Position numbers and translations under genes: made by a program | NCBI RefSeq assembly: GCF_006345805.1 | Contig: NC_042998.1 | Coordinates: 170,934,001-170,998,000 of the forward strand | Direction: 5' to 3' | Origin: Octopus sinensis | Taxonomy: Eukaryota | Length of the DNA: 64,000 bases | Notes under the pieces: generated by a model | Database searches by the model: none | The model's input: only the letters and a program-made list of their open reading frames with translations | Told to the model about the DNA's origin: nothing | In this document: one piece after another, positions 53,050-64,000 of the stretch | Position numbering within the stretch: position 1 is the first letter of the stretch | Layout of the letters: each line of letters begins with the position of its first letter

Positions 53050-55761
53050 AAAAATATCATGGATGGTATTTTCATGTTCTCAAAAAGTATGTGTTTGGAA
53101 GTCAGATCTGGAAAATTTCAGGCATCAATTGAAATTGAAATTGCTTTCCTTTTCTATTTAAAATCATTTATAAAATAAACTTACCAACGAAACTAACCTT
53201 GTGTTCCAGATGTAACTAAAGAATTGGTACTTTGACTTTTTCCCTTTGGTACAAGGTTCTTCTGTTTATTCTTCACATCCTTGCTTGTTGATGGAAGAGG
53301 ATTGCTGTTATTTTCTGGCTTCTCGCTTTGCTGCTGATGCTCAGATTCTCTTTTACTTTGAGTCAAATCTGTGGTTTTAAGTGGAACTTTATTTGTTGAG
53401 TCTGTATTGTAAAAGTCTGGCAAAGTTCTTGTCTGATTACCTTTTACAGAAGATGGCAATTTGTAGTTTGCTTTGGATTTGTGTTTTGGAAAACTTGGGA
53501 GTTCAGATACAGAATTACTGTTGTGAGCAACACCATTTTGTGTTACAGGTGGGAGCTTTCTATTAGAATTAGAAGATTTCTTTAAGAAACTTGTCAAGAG
53601 TTTATCATGAACCGTAGGTTGAGATTCTGATTGGTTGTCTGCATATGACCAAAACATCTTCTCACATTCTGTGCAACTTTTGGATTTACTATGTTGGTGA
53701 CTTGCTGCCAAAACAACCTGACTTTCTTCATATGACAGAGATGAAGATGAAGCCGAAATGGAGTTGTCACATACAGAGGAATCACTCATATCATTTGCAG
53801 TATTGTCGATGTTTAAGGGAAATTGTTTTATTACCTGAAATATATTTGAAATATTTTATTATAATCAACAATATATTACATGATTATAATACATATATTT
53901 TAAGAAAACATTATATGACATGATTTTTCAGTGTTGGTCTCTACAAGTAACCTACTTTTTATATAGTTGATATTATAAAGATCTTACATCTAAGATCAAA
54001 GTTTCATATTTAAGGACCTTTTACCTCTGTTGGTAGGTAGGCAAGCAGGCAGGTAGGTAGGTAGGCAGGCAGGCAGGTAGGTAGGTAGGTAGGTAGGTAG
54101 TAGGTAGGTAGGTAGGTAGGTAGGTAGGTAGGTAGGTAGGTAGGTAGGTAGGTAGGTAGATAGGTATGTAGGTAGGTAGGATGATCGTATGATGCATGTG
54201 CATGAACAGCACTACCACATGGTAGTGAGACATGGGCCCTAAATGCAGGGGACATGCAAAGACTAGAGAAGAATGAAGGCAAAATGCTCTGCTAGATGTG
54301 CATTATCAACAGAGTGCTAGTGTGTTGAGAGAAAAGTTAAGCACAAGAGAAACTAGATGCAGTGTGCAAGAGAGAAGACTGCACCGGTTTGGTCATGTGA
54401 TGTGGATGGATGTGCACAGTTGCATAAAGAAGTACCGATCACTTAAAGGGGATTGAACTTGTATGGAAGGGAAGACCCAGGAAAATATGTGATGAAGTAC
54501 TGAAGGCTGATCTCAAGACAGTGAGCATTATGAAGGAGAGGGCATAGGACCAAGATATGTTGTACTCAAGAAAACCTGTCCACTACAGTAGAATTGATAT
54601 CCTAAATCACCTTGGTTAATGCTTGTCTGTGAGGAGCTCTGCTCCGTGCCCACCTGCATCCTCTCTGCCCCGTCAACCCATTTCCCCACCACTTTTCCTC
54701 ACCTAACACAAGTCACCTCTCTCACCACCTGAGAGCAGAAAAGGTACATCTTACATCCCCTGCTTTCTCAGTTATCTCCTTTCCCACCCTGAACCTCTTC
54801 CATTTCCCATTATCTTCCCCCACCCACTGTCTCCACCAATCACCTCCTTTCTGTACCCACTCCATCCTGTGTTGTTCTCCATCACCTCACTTCCTCACTT
54901 ATCCCCATCACTTTACTTATCTGCTATCACCCTCAATTCCTTCACATACCTAACACACAACCGACGCCCTTGAGCCTCTCTTATATTTCACTCTACCTAC
55001 CTACCTACCTACTTCCCTACCAACTGCTTACCTACCACAAATGGAAGACACACACATACATACATAAACAATAACAGTACAAACACACTTGAGTATTAAA
55101 GTAACATGCATACCCACTACGCCAGAATAAGTTTATCCACTGTGTACACTTACATATATGCACATTCTAACTAATTCACATATTCACAAACCATTTTTTA
55201 AGTCTCTTGACTTAAGCAAAAGTGACTTGTCACTTTGTTAGTGACCAACTTGAATTATGCAAAGAAAAAAAAAACTTTAATAAATCCCAAAGCAAAGCAT
55301 ATATCCATATATGCATACACATGTGAACACGCATGCACATACATGTGAATACAAATACTTTGATGCATGGAAGGAAAATTGATACTTTTATAGTAAAAAA
55401 GAACAAATCTTAAAACATTGTTATTACTTACAGTATTTTCTTCATTATAATTTACTGCAGAAATGGAGGAAAATGCTGCACCTAGAAAAGACAAATGTAA
55501 TAATTTACACCTAAAATATCAGAGAGAAAAGAAGATTTGGCAAGAACAATCCTATATTATGTAGCTTATATTAACAATATTAGAAGGATTAAAGGCAAAA
55601 GCAGTTCAACCACGATGGCTTAGAATCATGAAATAATAATAATAATAATAATGGGGTTGGACGGCTCGACCAGGGTCTGGGAATCCTGGTGCAGCCTCCT
55701 GGCTTCCCAGACCCTGGTCGAACCATCCAACCCATGCTAGCATGGAAAATGGACATTAAAC

Positions 55762-55794
<33 letters not shown>

Positions 55795-58700
55795 ATTATT
55801 GTATACAGTGCTCAGTTGCACCACAACTTGTCGAAAGTGCATATAAAGCATATGAAGTAATGTACAAATGTCTGGGAAATGAACAGTGTATGAGTCAGAT
55901 ACATGCTTGCGTGTGTATGGAAGGGAGAAAATCAGGTGTAGTGTTGGCGAATCTCAGGAAGCATGGAAGTTTTGAAGGATGCAGTACTCTGACAACTAGC
56001 AACTAATGCCGGCAGTTTGTTCCATACTTCAGCAACTCTTAGCGTGAAAAAATGTTTCCATAAGTCATGGGAGCTGTGCTGTTTTCTGACTTTGTAAACA
56101 TGTCCACAGGTTTTAGACAGGTGGAGTTTGAAAAGGTGATCAGAGTTGTTAGATTATAGGGCATCTAATTACTGTATTTTATTATGTTCTTTAATTTTTT
56201 CTATTTTAGAGATCTATCGTTCTTCTTTCCACTTCTACTTTTATACTTTATGACTTATTTGCATTATCTCATTATCTTTTCTCCTCTCTTTCTTCATCCA
56301 TCCTTCCCTATATTTCAGTATCTGTTCACCTGAACACCTGTCAGCTAGATGACCACTGACTGTTTCTATCTCTGCTTCTAACTTTTTTCCTTCTCAACTG
56401 CTCTATCTCCCATCTACATTTTTATCTATCTAAACTACCATTCTTTGCAATATTTTATTTCTCTCTTCCACTTATTGCCACTGCTTTTTTCCTTCCACAC
56501 TCCTCAAATGTGACAGAAAGAGAGAAACTAATGAACAAAAAAAAAAGGCTCTTGACCATTTATACATACAAAAATATATAATACTATGGAATATTGTTTT
56601 GTTTTTGGTGTGGAAAATGTGCTATATTCTCAGGGAAAGAAAATGTAAATGTTTGTGCTTTTTCTAGGAATGCAATTAAGAATAAAATGGTTTTGAGTGG
56701 CGTTTGAAACCTCTTTTTTAGTTTTGGTTGACTGGGAGCTTACTTTTTGCTTAACAGTGTTTGTCACATTATATTTTATGAAAATTGTTCATCAATAAAT
56801 TAATGTATTTTTAATGAAATGGGAAAATATTGGATATTTTGAATGAAGACAAGATAGTATTTGATTCCTAAAAAAATTCAGTTTTCAGCAAAGGTAAAAA
56901 CAAAACAAAATGGGATTGGAATGATACTTACCAAGATGTTTATTACTTGATAATATTTTCCCCTTTATTAATGCTTGATGTGTAGGAATAAGATCTGATA
57001 AAATACTTAACCATACTGTTTGTTTTGCTGGGGTATTTAGAATATGTTCTATATTGATGATGCTTCCAAATGTTCTGAAAAAGAAAGATTTTATTCTAAA
57101 TAAAAATTTAGTTGAAAATTGTTCTTAACCAAAACTTTTCATCAGCGATATTTTACTCAAATAGATAAAATGTTTTTATATTCATATTGTCATTAACACT
57201 TTGAGATTCATTCAATAGAGTGCATATACATGACACAGTGTGATAATTTTCAAAACAGGATTGAAGGCCTCATTTCTATTGAAGTTGGTTGCTGCATCTT
57301 TTTAGCTATATCAGTGTGTTATTTCTGAATATTGTTCTGGAACCCAAACAGTTTGAAGAAAGCCACTCAGGAGATAGGTATGGCAGCTGAAATGTAGTTG
57401 ATAAGAGACTGCAGGTGGAACCCTTCCACAGGTGAAAAGTAATTCAGTCCTTACTACCTCTCTCACATGAAATATACAGGCTAAGGGTTGAATTGCTTGT
57501 GCCCCTGAGATATCTGTTGATGATACAGAAGAGGTTGTAATACCCCTGAGTAACTCCTGAGGTTTCTGCATGGGCCAAAGCATTTCTGATGTTTATATCA
57601 TTTAGAGTAGAATTTTTCATATCTGAAATCTTTAGATATGATTTTTAAAAATTTTGAAATCATTCTTATTAATGAAATGATGGTATAGTTCTTACACAGC
57701 TAAACTTAATGGGTATTTAAGCAATGTGACTGCGAATAGTTGATGGCTTAGATGTGGTATTGAAATATGCAAATACATATTTTTCTATCATCAATCACAT
57801 TGTTTACATTGATATATTCATTTAGGAAATGCTGTAACTTGTAGTGCTGGCTCTAAAAACTATAGAGATAAACTTAAAAGTGAATATATATAAATATATA
57901 TAATTATAAAACAAATAGCTTTTGATGATTACAATATTTGTTAATTAACAATAATAATTTTAATTACTTATTCACTGCATAAACATCAAGGTTATTTTTG
58001 ACTTTATTATTTTCACATGTGCTCAGGTGATGTTCCATAAGACTTCTGTTATCTAAAATATAAATAAATATGGAAGCAAAAATGAGATAAAACTAACAAA
58101 AACAAATTAAATAGAAAATATTTATAGAGTCGTGATACATGGTGAAAGCTAGTTGAAGAACCTCCTGATAGGAGCTGTATTGTATGTAGATTAAGCCCAC
58201 AAGCAAACTGTAAAGCTAGGAATGTAGTCTATACTATAAGATGTACAGAGGAATAGTGCAGAAACAAGACAACTACATACATAGGAGAGACAGCACAGAG
58301 TATAGGAGAGCGGGTAAATGAGCATTGGAGGGAACTTAAAGAAGAGAAGAGCTCATCAGTTTTATACCAGCATACCAAGTAGGAGCACGGGGGCTCACTC
58401 AACAACATAGAAGTTAAAATCTTTTCCACACATAGAACCGATGCAATGCTTAGACAAGCCTATGACAGAATAAGATCCCCATAAACTGATAATAATATGA
58501 AACTAATACAATACACAAATAAATAAATGGAATTACATAATTATATACATAAACAAAATAATATAAATTAGATTAAATTAATACAAAAGAAAGAAAGAAA
58601 TGAAAAAGTTAGTAGATTAAAACAGATGAATAAAATAAGTAAAAATAAACTAAACGAATGGGTATAAACAGGGGATACTGATAATGCGGGTACCATACAT

Positions 58701-61700
58701 ATTCCCACACACACACTTACTAAATATAAACACACATAGGGATATATGCATGTGCAAATAAAGACACACAGAGATATACGCATGAGCAAGTAAAGACACA
58801 TACAACAGGGATACAAAATGGCAGATCATTAGTAAGGAAAGGCACATAAAAAAAGGAAAGAAGAAAGCAAAGGACCGCTGATTGAATGAACTCTGGCCGA
58901 TATACAATTAATACAGAATAAAGCTGAAGCAAGCGAACACCAAATATATAGTGTGTGTGTTTTCATTGGCTAAACTGGTGACATGACTGTCCCCAAATAC
59001 AATAATATCTGTTACAACACATGAATTCACATAAATAATCTTGCATGGTCTGGTTTTCAAGTTTTTTATTATGGTATTTTAACATTAAAAAAAAATATTT
59101 TGTAATGCTCATAAAGTAAAATTAGCACTTTCATACATAGAGTAATCATCAGATTTCAAATGTGTCTAACTGACAGTTGAGTTCTTGACAACTTTATTTC
59201 CTCTTAGAATGCTCCAACAAGCTGAATTTTTAGAATATGGTTGTGACCACATGCTGCTGTAATTTTTAATCTACATCATTAACTGGTTATTATATTATTG
59301 TTGTTATTTCTGCTTGAACATTTTAATAAACCATTTTTCTTTTATCTTTCTTCCAAATTATACCAGCCAAATATATTTATAATTATTTTTCTACTGTAAA
59401 AATCTCTATTTGCTGACTAATAAGATTGAAACCTGTCAGTAACCATTAACTTGCCTGTTTACAAAGCTTTTCCTTTTAAGCATGAAAATTCAATTTTTTT
59501 GTGAAATAAGTTCCTAACATCTTAAAAATTATCTCCCCTTTCCTTTTTGAGTCAAAGAATTACTGTTAGATTTATATTTCCTTGCTCCAATTAAGGTGCA
59601 AATTTCAATCTATTACAAATGTTTTGTGCACATCGCTTCCCTTTTGTTACCCTATTTTTGTTGAAATATACTGCCTTTATTTAAATTTGAAAATCATGAA
59701 AACTTTAGTAAAATAACTTTGCCATTATTATGTTTGGATTATTAATTAAAATAAAATTTTCATAGAAAGTTTTAATTTACATAATTTTAAAATTTATATC
59801 ATAAACCCAGGGTAATTGCAACCAGGTTTATATCAAAAGGGTCAATTATATTGCTATAAAGTTTCATATATAATGTACATTTGTTTCACCAAAATGAAGA
59901 TTGAAATAAGGGTTTATGTAATACTTAGGCTACAGAATTTTTCCTTACCCATTTTTATGAATAAAAAATTAAAAAAAAATTAATGTAATAAAGCTTTATT
60001 ATTTTTTAGATTAGTTTTTTTATTGGGTTGTCCGGAAAGTTTGTGCCGATTTTTAAAGGAAAGAAAAAGGTCAATAAATACTTGCCATTACATTTTTAAT
60101 CAACCAAATATGAACTATTTTGTTGCACAATGTGTCTCCATCTTTCCTTTAACCTGAAAATACTCTCTTCCCAGAATTGAGGTGGTTTCATGGCAAAGAA
60201 TTCATCAAGGTATCTTTTTACGTCATCCAAGGAATTGAAATTTTTACCATTAAGACTATTCTGCAGAGTGAAAATCTGAAGGAGCAATATCTGGTGAATA
60301 TGGAGGGTGGGGTAATACATCCCAGCCAAGCTGCAGCAATTTTTGTCTGGTTCCCAAAGCATCAAGAGCCGAAAATGAACTTTCTTATCTTCCATTTTAA
60401 AGGGTTACAAAATTAACACAGGTTATAGGAACATAAACCTTTTTCCACGAAAAGATAGCTTAAACTGTGCTCTAAATGGAGGTGAAGTCAAATCCTATTT
60501 TATAGACTCAACCATGTTCTAAAATAAGTTGAAAGGTAAGCTACTATAAATCGGCACAAACTTTCCAGACAACCCAATATTATATATATCTTTTATATTG
60601 AATAAAATATTAGCTTCAAATTTTTGGCACAAGGCCAGTAATTTCAAAGAAGTGGATAAGGCAAACATCAATTTCAGTGCTTAAATGATACCTTGATTTG
60701 AAAGGGATGAAAGGCAAAGTTGATCCTGGTGGGCTCAAGAGAGAGAAAAAAGAATGAAAGGGAACATGTAAGCTGAAACAACATACTGTTATTTAAATAT
60801 TCATTGAGGTTCTCTTTTACTCGAATGTATTTTCTGTCCTTTGTTGACATTTTCAGTATTAAGAACAACCAGAGAGATTTCTTGGATGGAGTGTCCAGAA
60901 TTAATCGCAGATATGTTAATAACCTAATGATGTTACTGAATAAAAAAAAGTAGAAGCAAAAATATAAAAGTAAAACAATAATATATAGGAAATATATATT
61001 GGGTATATAAATCCATCCTATTTTTGCTAGTATGGATAGACTGATTGAAACTGATGATGACTATAACAACAACAACATGGACAATGATGATGACAATGAT
61101 GATGACAACATTGACAACAATGGTAATGATAATGATAACAATGGTGGTGATGGTGACGATGATGATAATGACAATGACAACGAATGCACTGCTGCCACCA
61201 ACTCACCTGCCACTGCTGCCTTTGCCAATAATAAGATGAAAATAACGATGGGAGTGGTGATGTTGATGCTTTTTTTTCTATAAAGGCTTTTACGTGCCAC
61301 CGGCACGAGGGCCAGTCAGGTGGTACCATTGCCAGTACCATTTGACTGGCCCTTGTGCCAGTGGTACATAAAAGCACTCACTACACTCTCAGAGTTGTTG
61401 CCATTAGGAAGGGCATCCAGCTGTAGAAACTCTGCCAGATCAGATTGGAGTCTGGTGCATCTATCTGGTTTGCCAGACCTCAGTCAAATCGTTCAACCCA
61501 TGCTAGCATGGAAAGCGGACGTTAAACGAGGATGATGATGATGTAAGTTGAATAAGTGAGGCAGTAGCTCACAGCTATCATCCCTCTTCTGACTAGTGAC
61601 GTTGATGTGATTTAATGTTTATCAGAGAAGCACTAGTAGGTCAAAAATTACAGCCGACAGCAATTCTGGGAAAGTGGGATTAGAATAAGGTTTAAAGATT

Positions 61701-62225
61701 ATGATGCTCTCAAGACAGCTTGAATTCCTACAGGCTTTCTCCAAGTCAACAAAAGCCAAGTACAGAGGTTTATCTTTGGCTAGATATTTCTCCTGCAGTT
61801 GCCTAACCAGAAATATAGCATCTGTGGTGCAGAAAACCAAACTGCATCTCACTTAGGCTAACTCACTCCCTAATTAGTTGGGCTATGACCCTTTCTGTAA
61901 CTTTCATTACCTGATCCAATAATTTGATACCCCTGCAGTTATTTCTGCCTAAAGAATCACCTTTACCCTTGTAGCAGTTGACTATGTTGCTGCTACACCG
62001 GTCATTGGGTATGACTCCTTCATGAACTACCTGATTTGCGAAGTGGACGACAAGACCATAACCCACTCCCCCGATAAGTAAATGTATGAAGAAAAAAGAA
62101 AAGAAAGAAGATTGAAACCATGTAAACAATTCTCTAGTGACAAATATGCATTACCTGGAATTAATGTACTGGAAAAAGTAAAGCAACAATAATTTTCGTT
62201 CCTGTGATGTTAATAAATATTCCAT
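31084..62225 (-). CDS. GRID2IP: Delphilin/GRID2IP-like formin (HHD-HHD-linker-minimal FH1-FH2); span of 20 traced exons, 2904 coding nt, 5' end probably outside the window
   Basis: All exons have GT-AG ends and matching phases. FH2 motifs KRLHWQK, ILDSRKSYNISILLGHLK, ILAIGNFLN, GFRINFLT, LEFFGE..FGIFAEFLNK closely follow delphilin as I recall it. N-terminal ILDTPSKK and ILNTPAK match harmonin-N-like domains. Orthology needs a phylogeny. Confidence 0.8.
31203..31370 (-). CDS. GRID2IP: Formin FH2 exon IFLSKSNSTL..FFGE..FAEFLNKYE
   Basis: 168 nt, phase 0-0, AG/GTAAG. Confidence 0.92.
31765..32300 (-). mobile_element. Family B repeat with internal tandem subrepeats
   Basis: (CAT)n tail at 31765; GTAAGGTGACG.TGGTAACGATCACGCT.GAATGGTGTCCTTT appears twice (about 32027 and 32166). 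Confidence 0.8.
33633..33701 (-). CDS. GRID2IP: Formin FH2 exon KTTELMKNIEQNDSKDPIQDIMN
   Basis: 69 nt, phase 0-0. Confidence 0.85.
34488..34540 (-). CDS. GRID2IP: Formin FH2 exon (V)SNADIFSELKEIQTSWQ
   Basis: 53 nt, phase 1-0. Confidence 0.85.
35215..35420 (+). mobile_element. Family B repeat, degenerate (others at about 39460-39710, 42920-43245, 45228-45400, 52830-53047, 55655-55793, 61285-61543)
   Basis: Same core motif and (GAT)n tail. Confidence 0.75.
35425..35690. repeat. Degenerate minisatellite (GGACAC/GTATAATGT-like units)
   Basis: GGACACTAT(G/A)ATG and GGACAGTGTAATG recur with irregular spacing. Confidence 0.5.
35935..36140 (-). mobile_element. RTE LINE C-terminal fragment
   Basis: ARIRIAWAKFRELL..KGRLYDARVQTAMLHGSETWAV. 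Confidence 0.88.
36824..36950 (-). CDS. GRID2IP: Formin FH2 exon IDDTKDIENKTSLLHSL..VECAN
   Basis: 127 nt, phase 0-1; conserved TK and LLH motifs. Confidence 0.92.
38588..38674 (-). CDS. GRID2IP: Formin FH2 exon MILAIGNFLNEGNSRISNAAGFRINFLTQ
   Basis: 87 nt, phase 0-0; GN-LN motif. Confidence 0.95.
40095..40163 (-). CDS. GRID2IP: Formin FH2 exon IIHNIMTASVELRKSNLLVNVLQ
   Basis: 69 nt, phase 0-0. Confidence 0.9.
40478..40632. mobile_element. Partial piggyBac-type MITE (same family as 46804-47024)
   Basis: Reverse-complement match ending GAAAGGG-TTAA. Confidence 0.75.
40745..40900. repeat. (TACA)n microsatellite
   Basis: Direct reading. Confidence 0.95.
41168..41320 (+). mobile_element. Family A SINE
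   Basis: GGTGCAGGTGTAGCTATGTGGTAAAAAGTTTGC..GGTTCAGTCCCACTCCATGGCACCTTGAGCAAA. Confidence 0.8.
41789..41875 (-). CDS. GRID2IP: Formin FH2 exon LIKIPSYEDRLKVLLFRADFKERITKLNS
   Basis: 87 nt, phase 0-0. Confidence 0.92.
44140..44480 (+). mobile_element. CR1/L2-type LINE 3' end with duplicated terminal segment
   Basis: Reverse complement of 55795-56140; AAGTTGTGGTGCACCTGAGCACTGTA.ACAATA occurs twice. Confidence 0.65.
45801..45869 (-). CDS. GRID2IP: Formin FH2 exon QEEFKNYNGKIGDLNQADQVTCE
   Basis: 69 nt, phase 0-0. Confidence 0.9.
45998..46125 (-). CDS. GRID2IP: Formin FH2 exon (S)ILLGHLKLP..LLVYCPSKSE
   Basis: 128 nt, phase 1-0; contains the conserved Ile of N-x-x-I. Confidence 0.93.
46327..46392 (-). 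CDS. GRID2IP: Formin FH2 exon (E)KSKVVKKKIVSILDSRKSYNI
   Basis: 66 nt, phase 1-1. Confidence 0.92.
46650..46728 (-). CDS. GRID2IP: Formin FH2 exon VNKSDTDDIIPLLNLEKRFALKTSEP
   Basis: 79 nt, phase 0-1. Confidence 0.88.
46804..47024. mobile_element. piggyBac-type MITE, 221 bp
   Basis: TTAA on both sides; termini CCCTTT / AAAGGG. Confidence 0.85.
47140..47181. repeat. 14-bp tandem repeat x3 (GCACTAAAGTACAT)
   Basis: Direct reading. Confidence 0.9.
47500..47630 (-). CDS. GRID2IP: Formin FH1/FH2-lasso exon (E)IVPPVPPPLP..KRLHWQKIEGEPNENTIWYK
   Basis: 131 nt, phase 1-0; two conserved lasso Trp residues. Confidence 0.93.
48950..49567 (-). CDS. GRID2IP: Formin linker exon (S/K/N-rich)
   Basis: 618 nt open, phase 1-1, TTTAG acceptor and GTATG donor; overlaps ORF 48882-49484. 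Confidence 0.82.
50658..50919. mobile_element. hAT (Charlie-like) MITE, 262 bp
   Basis: TIRs CAGTGCTTCTCAAA / TTTGAGTGGCACTG; 8-bp flanks ACACAGAC / ACATAGAC (7 of 8 match). Confidence 0.8.
53198..53834 (-). CDS. GRID2IP: Formin linker exon VIKQFPLNID..SGTQ
   Basis: 637 nt open, phase 0-1; overlaps ORF 53193-53789. Confidence 0.82.
54035..54180. repeat. (TAGG)n/(CAGG)n microsatellite
   Basis: Direct reading. Confidence 0.95.
54190..54560 (+). mobile_element. Decayed RTE LINE C-terminal fragment
   Basis: ALPHGSETWALNAGDMQRLEKNEGKML.., later GRPRK-like motif. Confidence 0.7.
55432..55481 (-). CDS. GRID2IP: Formin exon (G)AAFSSISAVNYNEENT
   Basis: 50 nt, phase 1-0, strong acceptor and GTAAGT donor. 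Confidence 0.78.
55795..56140 (-). mobile_element. CR1/L2-type LINE 3' end
   Basis: - strand YKVRKQHSSHD..KHFFTLRVAEVWNKLPA, matching the FF-x-RV-xx-WN-x-LP signature. Confidence 0.75.
56932..57074 (-). CDS. GRID2IP: Formin exon, second HHD C-terminal half (..ILNTPAKQTVWLSILSDLIPTHQ..)
   Basis: 143 nt, phase 2-1. Confidence 0.85.
57968..58052 (-). CDS. GRID2IP: Formin exon, second HHD N-terminal half (NRSLMEHHLSTCENNKVKNNLDVYAVN)
   Basis: 85 nt, phase 1-2. Confidence 0.75.
58190..58480 (+). mobile_element. Penelope-like element GIY-YIG endonuclease remnant
   Basis: NCKARNVVYTIRCTEE*CRNKTTTYIGETAQSIGERVNEHWREL..VLYQH: VY-x-I-x-C / YIGET / R-xx-EH pattern, with in-frame stops. Confidence 0.78.
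60023..60577 (-). mobile_element. Internally deleted mariner element, 555 bp
   Basis: TA-flanked TIRs TTGGGTTGTCCGGAAAGTTTGTGCCGATTT / AAATCGGCACAAACTTTCCAGACAACCCAA. N-terminus MEDKKVHFR fused to C-terminus PPYSPDIAPSDFH..RLKERWRHIV. Confidence 0.92.
60787..60935 (-). CDS. GRID2IP: Formin exon, first HHD C-terminal half (NIIRLLTYLRLILDTPSKKSLWLFLI..)
   Basis: 149 nt, phase 2-1. Confidence 0.85.
61620..62070 (-). mobile_element. RTE LINE reverse-transcriptase fragments
   Basis: NCYKGKGDSLGRNNCRGIKLL and TTDAIFLVRQLQEKY..AFVDLEKA. Confidence 0.88.
62155..62225 (-). CDS. GRID2IP: Formin exon, first HHD N-terminal half (MEYLLTSQERKLLLLYFFQYINS)
   Basis: 71 nt, phase 0-2; LLT-xE-R pattern of HHD helix 1. 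Confidence 0.8.
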
Positions 62226-62541
62226 CTGAAAATGTAGATCATGGTTTCATATAAATTCTCTGTTATAGACATCTTACATAATTTATAATTCAGTATTTCC
62301 TCTTATAATGATTTATTACATCTATTACATAATACCGTTAGATAAGAGAAATGAAATCCCTATTTTACTTGAAAATATTGATTTCTAACATTGGTTTATT
62401 GGCTACAGATTTGTGAGGATACTACAATCAGTTAAATTAGTCCCAGTATTTGAGAGGTGCCTATTTTATCATCACTACAAGATGGAAGACAAAGTTAACT
62501 TCAGTGGGATTTGAACTCAGAATGTAAAGCAACATCATTAA

Positions 62542-62748
62542 CCCTTTAGCATTTAAACTGGCAATAACCAGCCCTGTTTTATGTTCAAACTGGGCAGATC
62601 TGGCCTTTCACACCTACCTGACAATGTCATTCAAATCATAAACAATCAAATCATTGGAATTTCACAGCTATGAGATAATGCATGATTAATTCAAAACAAT
62701 GTGAATTAAAAAGCATTATATTTGACAGAGTAATCTGAATGCTAAAGG
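62542..62748. mobile_element. Second piggyBac-type MITE, 207 bp
   Basis: TTAA on both sides; termini CCCTTTAGCATT / AATGCTAAAGG. Confidence 0.75.
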
Positions 62749-64000
62749 TTAATTACCACAATGGATTAAGGCAAACAAAATAATAAATAAGGTGATCTGT
62801 TTTCCTTGAAAGCTGTGAACAAACACTAGCCATTGTTCCAAAATTTCTGTCTATATACTGAATATTTTGGTTGTTTCAAGATCTCTGATGTTACTCTCTC
62901 AAGATAGTAATGTGTAACACAAATAAAAGGAAACATCAAGCTTTAATATTTTTAAAATCTGAGTTCAAATCTCACTGAAGTTCACACTGCCCCCCATTCT
63001 TCTACATCAGATAAAATAAGTATTATAAGTATGTGTCTAAAATGTCTGACAACAACAACAAAGGGGATAACTCCAATAAGATCAGTTGATTGAAATTTCT
63101 GGATAATATAGATAATGCAGAATGGAATGGATTTCATCTTTGAAACCAACTAGATGAATACTATAGTAAATTACCTTTTCACGATATATTTATATTAAGC
63201 ATGGTACATAGATAGCTAGAGGTTTAAGGTTTGAAATTTGGGAGAGTCTGTTAGTTGATTATATTGACTCCAATACATGACTAGTACTTTATCTTATAGA
63301 CTTGTCCCCTTCCCCAAAAGAGTGCGATTTAAACTCAGAACATAATGAACTAGAGAGCCAGAACAATTACTCTGAGGCTTTTTGTCCAACACTTTATTGA
63401 TACTGCAGTCACCATCCTTACAATATTTCTTATAATAATAACCTATAAATAATATAAAACAAGATAAAATAAACAAATTACAATACTAAAATAAGAATGC
63501 TCCAGTTTGGCCATAACTTCATGGCTTACAACATGTACCTTATGTTGCTGATATTGCCAAATTGAACAATATAGTCAGAAAGTGTCAAAATTGCAATGAC
63601 ATTTGGTTGACAACTGAGTAGAGATTGAGCTTATTTGTATTGTGCATTTTTACATGTCCCCATATATTCCTTTGTCATCCCGTTGTGACACATTTTTCAT
63701 TACAACATATAGTTATGGTCGAGATCAACTAAAGTTTTGTGAGTAACATTGGGTATACAGAAACTGTGTGAGAAAGACTGTCTTTCTTAATACCATTCTT
63801 CTTCATAGGTTGTAGACTTAATCCCTTGCCAGGTTTAATACCATCACCTGACCCATAGGTCCCAACCTTTAGAGAAGTTATCCTGTTGCAAATATTCAGA
63901 TCAGGTCTGAGAATAACTTCCTTTCTTCCTCCCTTTCTCCCACTCTTCTCAAGGGTTTTGATAAAGGCCATAGCTATTGATCTTCCTCCTATAATTACGT

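Noticed and set aside
63371-63442. 72-nt - strand exon candidate upstream of the first HHD exon, and ORF 63729-63971
   Set aside because: Splice sites are plausible, but two frames are open and neither gives a recognisable motif; cannot be assigned.

Overview
AT-rich, intron-rich animal genomic DNA. The SINE/LINE repertoire and microsatellite load point to an octopus (coleoid cephalopod); this is inferred from repeat families, not from a database match. No CRISPR or prokaryotic features. Two genes converge. (1) The 3' end of a + strand gene: a 1.1-kb Ser/Arg/Pro-rich terminal coding exon at 6721-7862, plus a candidate 9-nt microexon at 1103-1111. (2) A - strand delphilin/GRID2IP-like formin. 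I traced it by hand as 20 phase-consistent GT-AG exons from 62225 down to about 31084 (2904 coding nt): two tandem harmonin-homology-like domains, a long low-complexity linker, a minimal FH1 and a complete FH2. Its 5' end probably lies beyond the window. The 23-kb gap between the genes holds an intron-containing tRNA-Met(CAT) at 29123-29216, a visibly CpG-richer zone (about 21.7-29.6 kb) and a dense cluster of inverted-repeat structures (13.5-21.7 kb). The most interesting object is a tRNA-headed SINE whose 3' part resembles a Penelope-type minimal hammerhead ribozyme. It occurs as a head-to-head fold-back dimer inside a single 11-bp target-site duplication (17482-18027). Other mobile DNA includes RTE and CR1/L2 LINE fragments, a Penelope GIY-YIG fragment, mariner derivatives, and piggyBac-, hAT- and probable Merlin-type MITEs.
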